Shown piece after piece: positions 25,080-37,978 of a stretch of 44,741 nucleotides of DNA. How positions within the stretch are numbered: the stretch's first letter is position 1; the number at the start of each line of letters is the position of its first letter. The notes under the pieces are model-generated. The model was not told the DNA's origin and did not search any database. It worked only from the letters and a program-made list of their open reading frames with translations. The stretch comes from Octopus sinensis (Eukaryota): positions 1 to 44,741 of the forward strand of contig NW_021834895.1 of NCBI RefSeq assembly GCF_006345805.1. The letters run 5' to 3'. The translations under genes were made by a program, and so were the position numbers.

Positions 25080-25268
25080 CTATCTTTATTTTCTCCCTTT
25101 ATTGCCACTTTTTATTTTCTCTTCTTGTTTCTTTCTGTGTTCCTTTCTGAGGAAGAGCGTAGGCTCGAAACGTTAAAGACTTTTTCACTTCCCGAGCGTT
25201 AAACTAATACATCTGTTTGTTGTCTATACCACCTGTCTTCGTCTTTTGCTTGTTTGTGAATTCTCCCC
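25080..25268 (+). mobile_element. Solo pLTR-like hammerhead-bearing element ending at (ATAC)n
   Basis: Pyrimidine-rich leader, hammerhead motif, a 3' segment of about 90 nt, then a microsatellite. Confidence 0.6.
25143..25178 (+). ncRNA. Minimal type-I hammerhead ribozyme with an extra A after A9
   Basis: CTTT-CTGAGGA-A-GAGC-GTAG-GCTC-GAAA-CG-T-T-AAAG. 4-bp stem I, perfect stem II, palindromic ACGT stem III, GUU triplet. Confidence 0.7.
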
Positions 25269-25301
25269 ATACATACATACATACATACATACATACATAC
25301 A

Positions 25302-25333
<32 letters not shown>

Positions 25334-25350
25334 CATATATACATATATAC

Positions 25351-25410
<60 letters not shown>

Positions 25411-26613
25411 CATACATATTATATATACATATACATACATATATATATATATACATACATATATATGTACATATATATGAATATATGTATATATATGTAT
25501 ATATATGCATACATATATATACATATATACACGCATACACACACATACATATGTATACAGGTATTCTTTAAGCTATTTGTGTACTTGATTGATGGTACTT
25601 CTGATGTAGCATTCATTTCATTACACCCTGTAGGGCCGCAGGCACATAGTTTCTTTGTCGAGAATTATACACTTGGCGTTGTTTTGTCTTGGTCCCTTTT
25701 TTAGTGAAGACCATCCTTAGGGAGGTTCCGGACTGTGCCAGTCAATCGTATAGTCATTTCCTACCTACGGAACGTACGGTGGATTGTAGTAGTTATTTGA
25801 GTACAACTCTTCAATGCCGTGCCCCAACATGGTCGCAGTCTAATGACTGAGACAAGTAAAAGAAAGGGCAAAGATTAGAACTATTAAGTGCCTGACATGT
25901 AAATATACGAAGATATACATTGGAAGAAAGCAAACGTAAAAGGCCTTTAGGAAATAAACCAATAAAGTAGAATTAAATCATTGAAATTACCGGAAAATAT
26001 GTGTCTTTGTGCATAACGTGCCAGATGCTCTCTCGGCTTCTAATTTACAATCAGAGATTGTGATTTCTCGCCAAAAGGAACGCTGTTAAGTTTATGAAAT
26101 TGTGACAAGTTCCAAATCATCACTATTCCGTGAAGATGGTTTTAAATGTGTTATTCTTTCTGATAAAACTAACACTTTTCTTGCCTATTTTGTTTCCGAT
26201 TCTCTTATAAACAGACAAATACACATGTTCAAACAAACGTACGCATGGACGCCCAAAAACAGACAGACAGACGGACAAGCAGACAGACAGAAAGACAGAC
26301 AGACAGACACACACACAGAAAAACACACTCAGACACACTCTTAGACCTACAAAAATACATACACACATAGATACGCGGACACTCAACAAAACTTCTCACG
26401 AACTCTCCTTCTTGGCCACATCTTTCGCCCTAGCCTCACTAATACATCTATACAAGACCTGGCAGTTGAAACAACTCTCATCATTTTGGGGTATCAAATA
26501 TTTTTCTATCATCTGAGACCTCAGCGGGCTCCAGTTTTCACAAACGATATATCTCAAAGACAAGCAACCATCCGAACCCTTAACAGCCACATTTCCAACA
26601 TTTCAGAACAATA

Positions 26614-27778
26614 CTAGGGTGGCTGAAAAGTTCAGAGGCTGACTATGAAGGAGTGATGCTAGAGATATGAAATCTTGCACGCATTAATTTCAAATCTTCT
26701 TATTAATAACTGAATTGCTTCTTTCCAGCTAAACAGACATCTGACCGTTCAACGAAGACTTCAAATGCAACTAGTAGCGACATCTTTTGAAGTTTTGGCA
26801 TCGTGGTATTATCAAGTACGTGCGGAAGAAGGGTTTAGCTCCCAAGGACATTCACGCTGTCATGGTTACTACATCCGGGGATGACACACCGGCTTAATCA
26901 ACGGAGCAAAATCAGGCAGATGAATTTAGGAGGGAAAAAAGTGTCTTGGAGATGACCTAAGGTCGGGACGTACTGCAGCTGCTACCACCGAGGAAAACAT
27001 TGATCGTGTTCACCACATGCTAATGGATGAGGGACGATTTACTATAAATTAGATAGTCAATTCTATTCGCATAACCCGTGCGTGTGTTGAAAATATTCAG
27101 TAGAATGAACTTGGCCCGACATGGGTATCATGTCTTTTGTCACCTAATCAAAAGGGCACCAAACGGATTATATAACAGAAAAATCAATGTATGAGGCAGG
27201 TCCAGCTGGTTTCCTTGAACGTTTTCCAACCTAGGATGAATGTTAGCTTCATCCCTTTGACCCAGAGACAACGAGACAAACCAGGCAGTGGAAACGCTTC
27301 TCCCCACCAGTTCCAAAGAGGGCCAGGGTGGTCATTTCATCTGCAGAGAAGGTGATGGCCTCAGGATTTTGGGATGCAAAAGTCATTGTTTGTTTAATAT
27401 TTTCGGAAGGGCTACACCATCAATGGAGAGTACTATGTCAAATTGCAGAGGCTGTTACGAAAGGCTATCAACACCAAACACCCTGGAAAACAGCCGAAAA
27501 GGATTTTGGTCCCATCTGAGTATCACCTGTACCCTAACGTAAAAAACAACACATTTAGCTGAGAACGAATATCGCAGTGATGATGACGTCATATCTGATG
27601 TTGATAATTTTTTTTTTTACTAACAGGATGAAAACTTCACCAATGGGATCCAGATACTGCAAAACCGGTGTAAGAAGTTTGTGGGCCACAAGGGGGTCTA
27701 TGTTGAAAAATAAACCTCATTGGGTCACGTTCCATGAGAATATCTTGGTCAGCTTATAATCTGTTCAGCCGACCCTCG
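26614..27778 (+). mobile_element. Decayed mariner transposon with both TIRs and TA TSDs
   Basis: TA|CTAGGGTGGCTGAAAAGTTCAGAGGCTGAC ... GTCAGCTTATAATCTGTTCAGCCGACCCTCG|TA. Remnants: HRGIIKY, DDLRSGR, FDPETTRQTRQW, SAEKVMASGFWD, TINGEYY, KGVYVEK*. Confidence 0.92.
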
Positions 27779-27869
27779 TAAAGACAAATATCTATAAGAT
27801 CGCTATTTTTATCCCAGTGAATCTCTTTTCCGACTTAAATTTCTCTAGAATAGTTACTCTCTTTTATTC

Positions 27870-28061
27870 TCTTATACTCTTTTACTTGTTTCAGTCATTT
27901 GACTGCGGCCTTGCTGGAGCACCGCCTTTAGTCGAGCAAATCTACTCCAGGACTTATTCCTTTGTAACCCTAGTACTTCTTCTATCGGTCTCTTTTGCCA
28001 ATCCGCTAAATTACGGGTACGTAAACACACCAGCATCGGTTGTCATGCGACGGTGAGATGA

Positions 28062-28121
<60 letters not shown>

Positions 28122-28285
28122 TATATATATATACGACGGGCTTCTTTCAGTTTCCGTCTACGAAATCCACTCACAAGGCTTTGGTCGGCCCGAAGATATA
28201 GAAGACACTTGCCCAAGGTGCCACGCAGTGGGATTGAACTCGAAACCACGTGGCTGGTAAGCAAGCTACTTACCCAAAAGCCACA
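27870..28285 (-). mobile_element. tRNA-derived CORE-type SINE with internal (TG)n
   Basis: Minus-strand head GTGGCTTTTGGGTAAG...GAGTTCAATCCCACTGCGTGGCACCTTGGGCAAGTG (box B plus CORE-like). The 3' part AGCGG...AAAAGAGACCGATAGAA...GGCCGCAGTCAAATGACTGAAACAAG is repeated across the window. Confidence 0.85.
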
Positions 28286-28449
28286 CGTGTAGAACTATAT
28301 CTAGTGAACATCTTCCTCCTTGGCTCATACAACGCCATTTCCCTGCTTTCGGCTACATTCAGGAATTAATATTGTTGAATTCGACAAAAAGACTTTCTAG
28401 CAGCGTCTTTCTGGAACGAGAACGTTTCAGTCCAGATGTCTGATCAGGA

Positions 28450-28614
28450 GGCGACGGCGAGGAGATGTGGGGCAAGAAGTTTGCTTCCCAATCAGATGCT
28501 TTCGGGTTCAGTTCCACTGCGTAGCACCTTGGGCAAGTATCGTTTACTATAGTCACAAGGCGACCAAAGCCTGGTCATATTATTCGGTAGACGGAAACTG
28601 ACAGAAGCCCGTCG

Positions 28615-28700
<86 letters not shown>

Positions 28701-29090
28701 ATTATCTATATATCTATCTATCTGTCTATCTGTCTATGTATGCATGTATGTATGTATGTATGTATGTATGTATGTATGTATGTATGTATGTATGTATGTA
28801 TGTATGTATGTATGTATGTATCTATCTATCTATCTGTGTGTGTGTGTGTGTGTGCGTGTGTGTGTGTGTTGCGTTTGTTTTTGTGCTCCACCACCACTTG
28901 AAAACTGATTTTCGTGTGGTTACTTCCCCGTAACTTAGCGGTTCGACAAAAGAGACCGTTAGAATGAGTATCAGGCTTTAAAAAACAGTAAGCCCTGGGG
29001 TCTATTCACTCGACTTAAATTTTTGAAGGTGGTGCCCCAGCATGGCCACAGTCTAATAACTGAAACAATTTAAAGATTAAGATAAAGATC
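28450..29090 (+). mobile_element. Same SINE family, with internal (ATCT)(ATGT)(TG) compound microsatellite
   Basis: GGGTTCAGTTCCACTGCGTAGCACCTTGGGCAAG ... GACGGAAACTG ... CCGTAACTTAGCGGTTCG ... GCATGGCCACAGTCTAATAACTGAAAC. Confidence 0.85.
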
Positions 29091-29914
29091 AGTTTCACCT
29101 TTCATCTTTTCGATTTCTTCTGTGATTGGAAATAATCAAAGTGATTGCATGTTGATGATCGAAGTTTTTACTAAATCGAAGTGATTACTGTTCAATATCG
29201 CCCAGTTAAACATCATAACATACATTCTAAAGATTCGGCGGAGAATCATTCTAAAAGCACCTAACGGAAACGCATGAATGTCACGACATCGACTCTAAAA
29301 ATCTCAATACTTTTTCTTTCTTCATTACTTAGAAGATGCAACGGAGCAGAATTCTTTATATTGTGTGGCGTTATCTCATGAGTCTAAATTCAGAAAGAAG
29401 ACGTGGTACTTTTAAAGAGGACACTGTAAGGCATTGTTAAAGTATTGAAGATTAAAATGAAATATTAGTCGGAATGGTTTAGACAGGAACTCTGTTTCTA
29501 ACACCATTTTAGTTAAATGTGTTTTTGTTATAAACGAATTATCGATTCCTTTAGATTTCAGAAAATACCTTGAGATTTACTCCTTCTATATTCTTCCATT
29601 GTTGTAAAACAGAGGAGTTAGTGAATAGCCAGACAGTTTCTATTGCTTCTAGTTCATGTCAACTTTCATTTTGTTCTAAGCTGGTTGATTAAATACAGCA
29701 GAGAGAACAGTGACAATAGTAAAACGAATAAAGAGTTGATAGCTTGTGGTTTCATGAATCATAAATTCATATCATATTACTTATTTTAAGGCTGATATAT
29801 GAATTATATATCGAAAAGTGTGATAAACTAAAATGTATTGAATAGGGTGTTGGGAAGTCGTTTTGTAAAACAATAATTTCAAATCATCTTCATTTTCTTA
29901 TGTTTGTGAGGAGG

Positions 29915-30095
29915 GCGTTCTTTTGTCTTTTTTGGTTGTCAATCGAGGTTCGTTGTTTATATCCCCAGTTCTGTAAAGGCGTCCGATAGAATAAGCATGA
30001 GCTTTAGAAAATAAGTACTGGGGTCCGTTTGTCTGACGAACTCTTCAAGGCTGTGCCTCAGCATGGCCGCAGTTCAATGAGTAAAACAAAAAAAA
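29915..30095 (+). mobile_element. 3' half of the same SINE (a shorter tail piece lies at about 25800-25870)
   Basis: CCGATAGAATAAG...AAGTACTGGGGTC...CAGCATGGCCGCAGTTCAATGAGTAAAAC. Confidence 0.7.
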
Positions 30096-30199
30096 AACAT
30101 AATAACGGTGAACCAAATAGCTTTTGTGTTCTGTCAAGAATGGATCACGAGACGAAAGAAACGATCTCGGAGCCAACACCCCTAACTCCTAAGCTACAC

Positions 30200-30800
30200 A
30201 TATTTACTCCACAGGAAACAGTGTAGTTTCTAAGTTGTCTTAGCTTTTAAGCTGTTCCATATTAATGTAGTGTCCCCGGGTTCGAATCTTTGCGTTGTCA
30301 AAGGTTTCATTCTTTTCTTATCGCCTTCAATCATTGCACGGTTCACCGAAGCAACTCTTTCGAAACATCCTCCTTCTGTTGATTGGATCACATATGGTTT
30401 CTTTCCAGATGAGCAATCAACACGTTAGACATTCCAAATATAAAGGTTTCAAATATATTTAGCAAACGCGTTATCAGTCCGTACTCTTAGAGGTCTTTGT
30501 GGTGAGGGAATCAATCATTTTAGCCCCACTCGTATGCAATCAACTGTTCACTCTTGTGGCTTACCTAATTTAGTAAATAGTATTGTCACATTCATAAACA
30601 CCAGATGTCGTCTTCATCCAGAAATATAATTCTGTTGCTAAATTCCTCACTAGTTACATTGCAACATACTTGCAAAGGAATTTCATTCCTTTTTTATACC
30701 TTTCTCTTCTAATGTATAGCGTTCTTTTGATTTTTTCCTTCGGTATTTTCTCTTATAAATTTATAAAGATTTCCATTGAAATTTTCGATGTTCCCTAAAG
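30200..30800 (-). mobile_element. Old R4/Dong-like RT fragment
   Basis: Minus-strand translation KDL*EYGLITRLLNIFETF...LIAHLERNHM*SNQQK resembles the NYRPITCL...HLE..QKG RT region also seen at 32440-32560. Confidence 0.5.
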
Positions 30801-31372
30801 TTATGCCATTTCTCTGTGGGACTCTTGTAAGATCTTTGTTATTTGTTTCTAATTCCTAATTCTCATGAAAAAGGAAAAAAAAAAAAAGCGTGCGTGTCTT
30901 CCCAAGCCCCTTCTACGCCATTACTTTACTGATACAAGATTTTATTTCACTTCTTCGACACATTCCCTTTCTTTATATTTTCTTATCGTGTGTCTTTCCC
31001 AATTTTAATTTCCTTAAGTAACGCTAGACCATTCCATTTCTTTCTAGTTTTATGTATATTCCCGCAGAGACTTTTATTACGTTTGGCTGAAGTGACTTTT
31101 ACTCTATCGATATCGAACAGAATCCCACTAGCAACTAGCACGGTTATTAAGGAAGCTTGATCATTTCGTCGCTTGATGTTTAGATTTATTTCTGGGAAAA
31201 TAATTCCAAGCTATATTTAGTTATATTTTCAAGTAGATTTTTGGTTTAATCTTAGCTTAGTAAAGAATTTCCTTTGTTTCATGTTTTATTCTGGAAAGGG
31301 ATTTCCGCTGATCGACGTTTATTGATTTTACTGGTAGCTTCAGTAGAAGAGACTTCCTTGATACCGGGATAC

Positions 31373-31433
<61 letters not shown>

Positions 31434-31795
31434 GAGTGGAGAGTGCAGTGCATGCCATCAAATTGACACTGGGGTAAAATATACGAAGCCCAGTGTACCC
31501 ATCATGACTACCCGTCTGATAAGGGTGTACCAGGTACATGCATCACAACCATATGTGCGCAACATAGTGATCTCATGTCAAGATAAACAGCGCATGACCT
31601 TGCAGGTGGGGCCCATCCCGTTCAAAAGGTCCCTGATTAAGGATTGTTTAAGGATGTTGAACGAACCACCCGTGTTTCCAAAGGTGAATTATCCAAACCT
31701 CTAAGAATTTCTTTCAACACACGTCTATGATGCTCCCCCACTACTTCTGCTCATGATCTGAGATGCACATATCGTCAGCCACTAAGGGGCATGCT
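31434..31795 (-). mobile_element. 5'-truncated second copy of the structured (TAA)n-flanked element
   Basis: Collinear with 9227-9617. Has a deletion of about 30 bp between two GCCCA repeats. Same terminus at (ATT)n. Confidence 0.85.
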
Positions 31796-32586
31796 ACATA
31801 TATGGAAGAAAAGAAACATAATGGGAGTGACAATAGAAAATATCCATGGTGGAAAAGAAGAATCCAGGCAGGGTTATACATGTTCCCAAAAGAAATCTCC
31901 GTGTTAGACCGAAAAGAGAAAGGGGAGCTTAAAAGCGAACAAAAATACAGGGCGCTGAAAAGGAAATATAATATTGAAAGGGCCTGAAAGTAGTAGTGGA
32001 GGAACTTAAACAGTACCTCGTTGCAAAGAAAGCAAAGATGGTAAGAGTTTACAGACGAAAAGTAGATACCAGATAACATCGAAAGTCAAAGGTTTTGGAG
32101 TGACATCTGGAGCAAGGACAAGGAGCACAAGAAGGATTCTGAATGGTTGCAAAAACTGAAACAAACAGTAGTCTGTCCAAAACAGACAGAACTAGTTATT
32201 TCACTTAGGGAAGAGAAGGAAATCATCAAAAAAAAAATAAATAAAAATAACAATGGGCAACTGGAAAGCCCCGGGACCAAATGGAATTCAAGGCTACTGG
32301 ATCAAAAGATTTGGTGATAGCTGCACGAATAGCTCCGCAACTCAACACCTTGTTAAATGCCGACCAAGGAACACCAAAGTGGTTGACATTGGGTAGGACA
32401 GTGCTGAGCTTGAAAAACATCGAAAAAGGCAATACGGTAGACAATTACAGGCCGATATCCTGTTTGCCACTTATGTGGAAGTTATTGACTGGAATACTCG
32501 CAGAATCAACATACGAACATTTGGAAAACATGGAGTCCTGCCACATAAGCAGAAGGGTTGCAAGCGTAAGTGCAGAGGTATCAAGG

Positions 32587-32588
<2 letters not shown>
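31796..32588 (+). mobile_element. R4/Dong-like LINE internal fragment (pre-RT to RT domain 2)
   Basis: [84 protein letters not shown]. Confidence 0.9.
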
Positions 32589-32654
<66 letters not shown>

Positions 32655-32697
32655 TTTATTTTTATTTTTATTATTATCATTATTATCATTATTATTA

Positions 32698-32752
<55 letters not shown>

Positions 32753-32781
32753 CATTATTATTATTATCATTATTGTCATTA

Positions 32782-32852
<71 letters not shown>
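32589..32852. repeat. (ATT)n microsatellite
   Basis: Direct reading. Confidence 0.95.
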
Positions 32853-33139
32853 TTCTAGCTCAGTTCTTCAGAAGATTCACAAATATTCCGTGGCATTGTA
32901 TGTAAGGTATTAGATTCCAATATTGGTTCCATGATAAGAAATTCTCCAGAGAACCGCCATTGAGGAATAATTATAAAGGCAAACTAAGATAAGGCATCGG
33001 ATCCCTGTATATACACACGGCACAAACAAAAAGATAACATAAATATACATACATGCGTATACACACACACACACACACACACGTGCGAGCACACACACAC
33101 ACACGTGCGAGCACACACACAGACACAGACACAGACACA

Positions 33140-33179
<40 letters not shown>

Positions 33180-33524
33180 TACACACACACACACACACAA
33201 ACACACACAGATATATAAAGAAAATCTTCCCAGATAAGAATTTTTTTTATTTTGGCAGAAAGAATAACTGCCAAATTCTCTAAGGTGAAGAATTCTCAAA
33301 GTAGAGGCTTGTTGCAGGTCGATAAACGAAGATGTCAATGAGTGTGTGTGTATGTGTGTGTGTATGTGTGTGTTTGTCTGTGAGTCTCTCTGTGTGCATT
33401 TACACATATATACGTACATATGTATATACGCATGTGTATATTTTCATATGCATATGTATACACACATACATATATATATATATAAATGCACACATGCATG
33501 ACTCTACAATGAAGGAAAAAAACT

Positions 33525-33595
33525 AAATAATAATAATAATGATGATGATAATAATAATAATAATATAATAATAATAATGATAGTAATTATAGTAT

Positions 33596-33633
<38 letters not shown>

Positions 33634-33743
33634 CTACTACTACTACTACTACTAATAATAATAATAATAATAATAATGATAATAATAACAATAATTATAA
33701 TAATTATAATAATAATAATATAATAATAATAATAATAATAATA

Positions 33744-33788
<45 letters not shown>
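33525..33788. repeat. (TAA)n/(TAG)n/(TAC)n compound microsatellite
   Basis: Direct reading. Confidence 0.95.
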
Positions 33789-34200
33789 GACCGGACCTAG
33801 TGGTTGGTGGACAAAGTGGGCCACAAATGGTATATAGTTGACGTTGCATGCCCCTTTGATCCGCAAATAGTCAAGATGGGAGTTACAAAGATAGATACAA
33901 CCCTCTTATGTACGAAATAGTCCGGTTATGTAAAACGCAGAAGGTAAAAATAGTGCCAAATGTTGTTTGGTTCTTTGGAACAGTATCAGAAGGCATCAAG
34001 GGGGAATATGAAGGAAATTGGAATAGAGTACCTAGCAGAGCTGTTACAAAAGGTTTGCCTCCTTGGGATGGCCAGAATAATCGGGGAAGTATGAGATAAT
34101 TGAACAGCACGAACAGCATGGTACCGTTGGCTGCAGGTAGTAAACACGCAACGCATGCAAGACTCCAGGAGCTCTTACAAAACCTGTGATAAAGAGAAAT
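33789..34200 (+). mobile_element. R4/Dong-like LINE 3' end within (TAA)n
   Basis: RPDLV...WYIVDVACPFD...RYNPLMYEIVRL...VKIVP...LLQKVCLLGMARII, then a 3' UTR, then AATAATAAT. Confidence 0.85.
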
Positions 34201-34264
34201 AATAATAAAAACAACAACAACAACAACAACAACAACAGCAACAACAACAACAACAATAATAATA

Positions 34265-34856
34265 ACTGAGGCTCTAATCTGTGCTGCCCAAGAGCATGCA
34301 CTAAAACAAACTACATAAAATACAGAATATGCAACACATCAGAAAGTGATAAGTGCAGAATCTGTGGACAAAACGGTGAAACCGTATGGCATATTACCAG
34401 CCAATGTACGCCACTAGACCAGAACGAATATGAGAGACGTCACGACAATATAGCTAGGCTTGTTCATTGGACACTTTGCAACAAGTATGGACTTGACAGA
34501 GAAAAAAATTGGTACGACCACAAACCTGAAGGCATCGTCGAAAATAGAAATGCAAAGATCGTAATAGGATTTTATGATTCAGTGCGACCATAGGTTTGAG
34601 AAGGCGGACATAGTCTTAATTGAGAAAGAAAACAAACAATGCTGGATCATAGATATATGACATGTCCAGCTGACAACAAGGTATGCGATAAGGAAGAAAA
34701 AAAAGTCGAGAGATATGACAGGTTAGCTTGGGACGTTAAGCAGTTGTGGTCGATGAAAAAAGTAGCAGTAGTAGCAATAATTGTCGGAGCCCTGGTAAGA
34801 GTGAGCAAAAATCTCGAAAAGTACGTGGAACAAATAGGGGTTGCAATAAGGGTGCA
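34265..34856 (+). mobile_element. R4/Dong-like LINE fragment (zinc knuckle + RLE)
   Basis: TEALICAAQEHAL, CRICGQNGETVWHITSQC, RRHDNIA, WYDHKPE, DIVLIEK, KVERYDRL, IIVGAL. Preceded by (TAA)n. Confidence 0.92.
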
Positions 34857-35329
34857 TTAATTTCAGTGATCTTTAATTTTTTAACCAATCAAAATCAGAT
34901 CCACTCGCAGAAAAAAATTATAAATACATCTTTCCCTAAAACATACCATTACATGAGGAACCGACTGTTTAAAGATCTGAGAAACCGTAATTTCCCCCTT
35001 TTTTTACTATTTCAATTCTCATAGTTTTTTTTTTTTTCAGTATGTCTTGTCGACCACCACTGAAATTAATGAACCTTGTACATTCTAACAAATTAATATA
35101 CAGTTTTAAATTTCAAACTTACACCCTCTGTTTCGAACATGATAATTTATCAACATTGAAATATTTGAATTTAATTTTGATTTGTCCACATTGAAATTTA
35201 TAACGTTGTTTTTACACTTTTACCATTGAAAAACAAAAAAATATTGTTGAAACTAGTTTGGTACATATGTAAATAAATTTTAAACATTCACGAGTTTAAA
35301 AATTTAATGCATTTTCAGCAACGCATTTT

Positions 35330-35380
<51 letters not shown>

Positions 35381-35439
35381 AGGGAAAAAGTCGTCAGAAT
35401 TTTGGAAAAAATATATGCGTATGTGTGCGTTTGTGTGTG

Positions 35440-35645
35440 TGCGCGGGCTTGTTTGTGTCGGTGTTTGTTCACCACCCTTCTTGATAACCGGTGTTAGTTT
35501 GTTTACGTCCCCGTAACCTAGCGGTTCAATAAATGGGATCGATAGAATGAGCGCCAGACTTACTGGGGGGCGATTCATTTGATCAAAATTCTTCCAAGGT
35601 ATGCCCCAGCAAGACAGCACTCCAAAGACTTAAAATGAGATAAAA
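35440..35645 (+). mobile_element. 3' half of the CORE-type SINE
   Basis: TTGATAACCGGTGTTAGTTTGTTTACGTCCCCGTAACCTAGCGGTTC...GATAGAAT...GCCCCAGCA. Confidence 0.75.
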
Positions 35646-36276
35646 AAAATAAATGATCCCTTTAAATGGATAATTCTTGGATAATTGTTTGGGCATGGTT
35701 TAACCTGAATTTGGATTATTTCTCAAGATAAACCACAAGAGGATATATTTCATAGAAAGCGAGTAATAGCTTGTATTACCAAAGAATCTTCTTTACGCAG
35801 ATGTTTGTAATCTGAATTTTAATGAGCTTTCAAATTAGTTAATTTGCATAATGACGTAAGCAACAAAGTAGAAAATAATTTATTTGCGGTTGGTGTTTAT
35901 TATCAAATAATACCTTTCAACTTTTTATTTAACATTTTTTTACGCATTTCTCCTCCGTTCTGGTTAACAGCAAAAAGAAGCAGAAAGAATTGAAGACAAA
36001 AAGTATTTCCCCGTTTGAAGATTTCGATAAAGAAATCAAAAGACGTCGCTATCACGTGGCAGATAAACTCGGAGATCAATGTTAAAGAGAAAGGCTCACA
36101 ACAGTTTGAAGAATACGCAATGTATGCGTAATTGGCAGCCATTAGAAACCATTCAAGTGTGGCAGAATCGGTTGCATGATGGAGGACAAACAGCTATGCG
36201 TCATACCATAGCCGAGCATCTGCAGCTAGAGTTTTAGCGATTTCTTTTTATGGGCCTCGTGCACCACATACATCAG

Positions 36277-36319
<43 letters not shown>

Positions 36320-36328
36320 ATATATATT

Positions 36329-36371
<43 letters not shown>

Positions 36372-37640
36372 CATACATTTATATATATATATATATCATA
36401 TATGCATGCATATGTATATAGATATGTATGCATGCATATGTTTGTGATTTCTTGCTTGTCCAAAACCTTAAACCTTTCCTCTTTTACATGTTAAAAAAAC
36501 TTATTGTATTTTGTGCTTTCCTTCAATAGAACGGAATAACTTGATAAAAATTCCACTTGTGTCAAAGAGTCGGTTCGCTAAGAATCTTACCAATGTTCGA
36601 TGTTGCAACTTAATGGGTTAATAACAAGAATCGACATTGCTAAATGGAGTTGAAATTGCAGTTTATTGGCTGCACAATACGCCATTTTGTTAATTCTAGA
36701 CTACTTTCATCTAAAGTTGTTGTTATTGTAGAAGCAGTAGTCGTAGCAGTTATTTTCGCAGTTGTTGTTGTTGTTATGGCTGTTGTTTTAGTTCAGTCTA
36801 AGGCCACCGTTGATCGAGCAGAAATATAATGAATCGCTTTCCAAACGTGACCACTCCGTCGTTGTGGATATCTTCCTCCTCTCAAGTTCTGTTCCGTGTT
36901 GTACAGCACATAATGTTGTTCTTGAGCGATTCCAGTTTTGTTCTACAAGAAGAAGTTGCTAGCCCCACCCCCGCTCCTACATCACTGAACACTTCACCGT
37001 TTCGTTTGAAAGGAACGCTGTGACTAGGATTCCACGATGTCTTTTTTACTTTGAAACTTCACTGATTTCAAGAGAGAGGGAGAGAGATGGAGAAGAGATA
37101 GAGAGTAGGAGAGAGATGGAGAAGAGATAGATAGAGGGAGAGAATGGGAGGGAGACGCAGAGAGAAAGAAAGAGCGGGAGAATGGACTCAACTTGGTTCT
37201 GGAAGAAATGAGAGCGGGTTTTGAACCCGAACCGTAGTGGGTCGGAACAAATACCGCGAAACTGTTATAATTGAGGCTCTACCGACCCATCTAAATCGCC
37301 GCCTTATGTATCTTTTATCTTTTGGCTTTTTCTTGTTCCAGTCATAAGACAGGACTGCGGCCATCCTGGGGCACCACCTTGAAGAATTATTAATCGAATG
37401 AATCGGCGCTAGTTCTTATTGCTTAACTCTGGTACTTATTCTATCAAATCTCTTTTTCCGAACCGCTAAGTTACGGGGACATAAACATACCAACACCGGT
37501 TCTCAAGGGGTGGTGGACAAACGCACACACTATATATATATACACACACACACAAATATATATACAATACACACACCACACATATATATATATAGATATA
37601 TATATATATATATATATAATTATATATATATATAATATAT

Positions 37641-37978
37641 AAACAATTGCAGCGTGGAAGGTTTTGTAAGCCATTTAAGAAACACACAAAAGCCGTTCGA
37701 TTCACTTCAACATTTAAGTTTAATTTGTCAAATATTATCGTCGCTTTATAATCTCGACCTGTTCGCTGACAAAATCCAGCACGGATGTTTGTCAGTGAAC
37801 AGGTCGCGGTTTTAAAGCGACGAAAATATTTTGACAAATTAAACTTAAATGTTGAAGTGAATCGAACGGCTTTTGTGTGTTTCTTGAATGGCTTACAAAC
37901 ACCTTCCACGCTGCAATTGTTTTCGTTTCAGCACACGATCTCAGATCAAATCACTTGCTATGCAAGTACATCTCCGTA
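37641..37978. mobile_element. Palindromic non-coding element: arms 37641-37777 / 37783-37922, 5-nt spacer, tail of about 55 bp, in (TA)n; hammerhead-like motif in each arm
   Basis: AAACAATTGCAGCGTGGAAGG...TGACAAAATCC agcac GGATGTTTGTCA...CCTTCCACGCTGCAATTGTTT. Confidence 0.9.
37788..37838 (+). ncRNA. Variant minimal type-I hammerhead ribozyme (G3-C8 core, extra G after A9)
   Basis: TTTGTCA-GTGAACA-G-GTCGC-GGTTTTAAA-GCGAC-GAAA-ATAT-T-T-TGACAAA. 7-bp stem I, 5-bp stem II, palindromic AATATT stem III, UUU triplet. A decayed mirror copy lies at 37724-37773 on the minus strand. Confidence 0.7.

Noticed and set aside
26396-26590. 64-aa minus-strand ORF in unique-looking DNA
   Set aside because: No recognisable domain or convincing splice sites.
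28200-28285. tRNA gene-like box A/B sequences here and in other SINE heads
   Set aside because: No cloverleaf, and continuous with SINE bodies.
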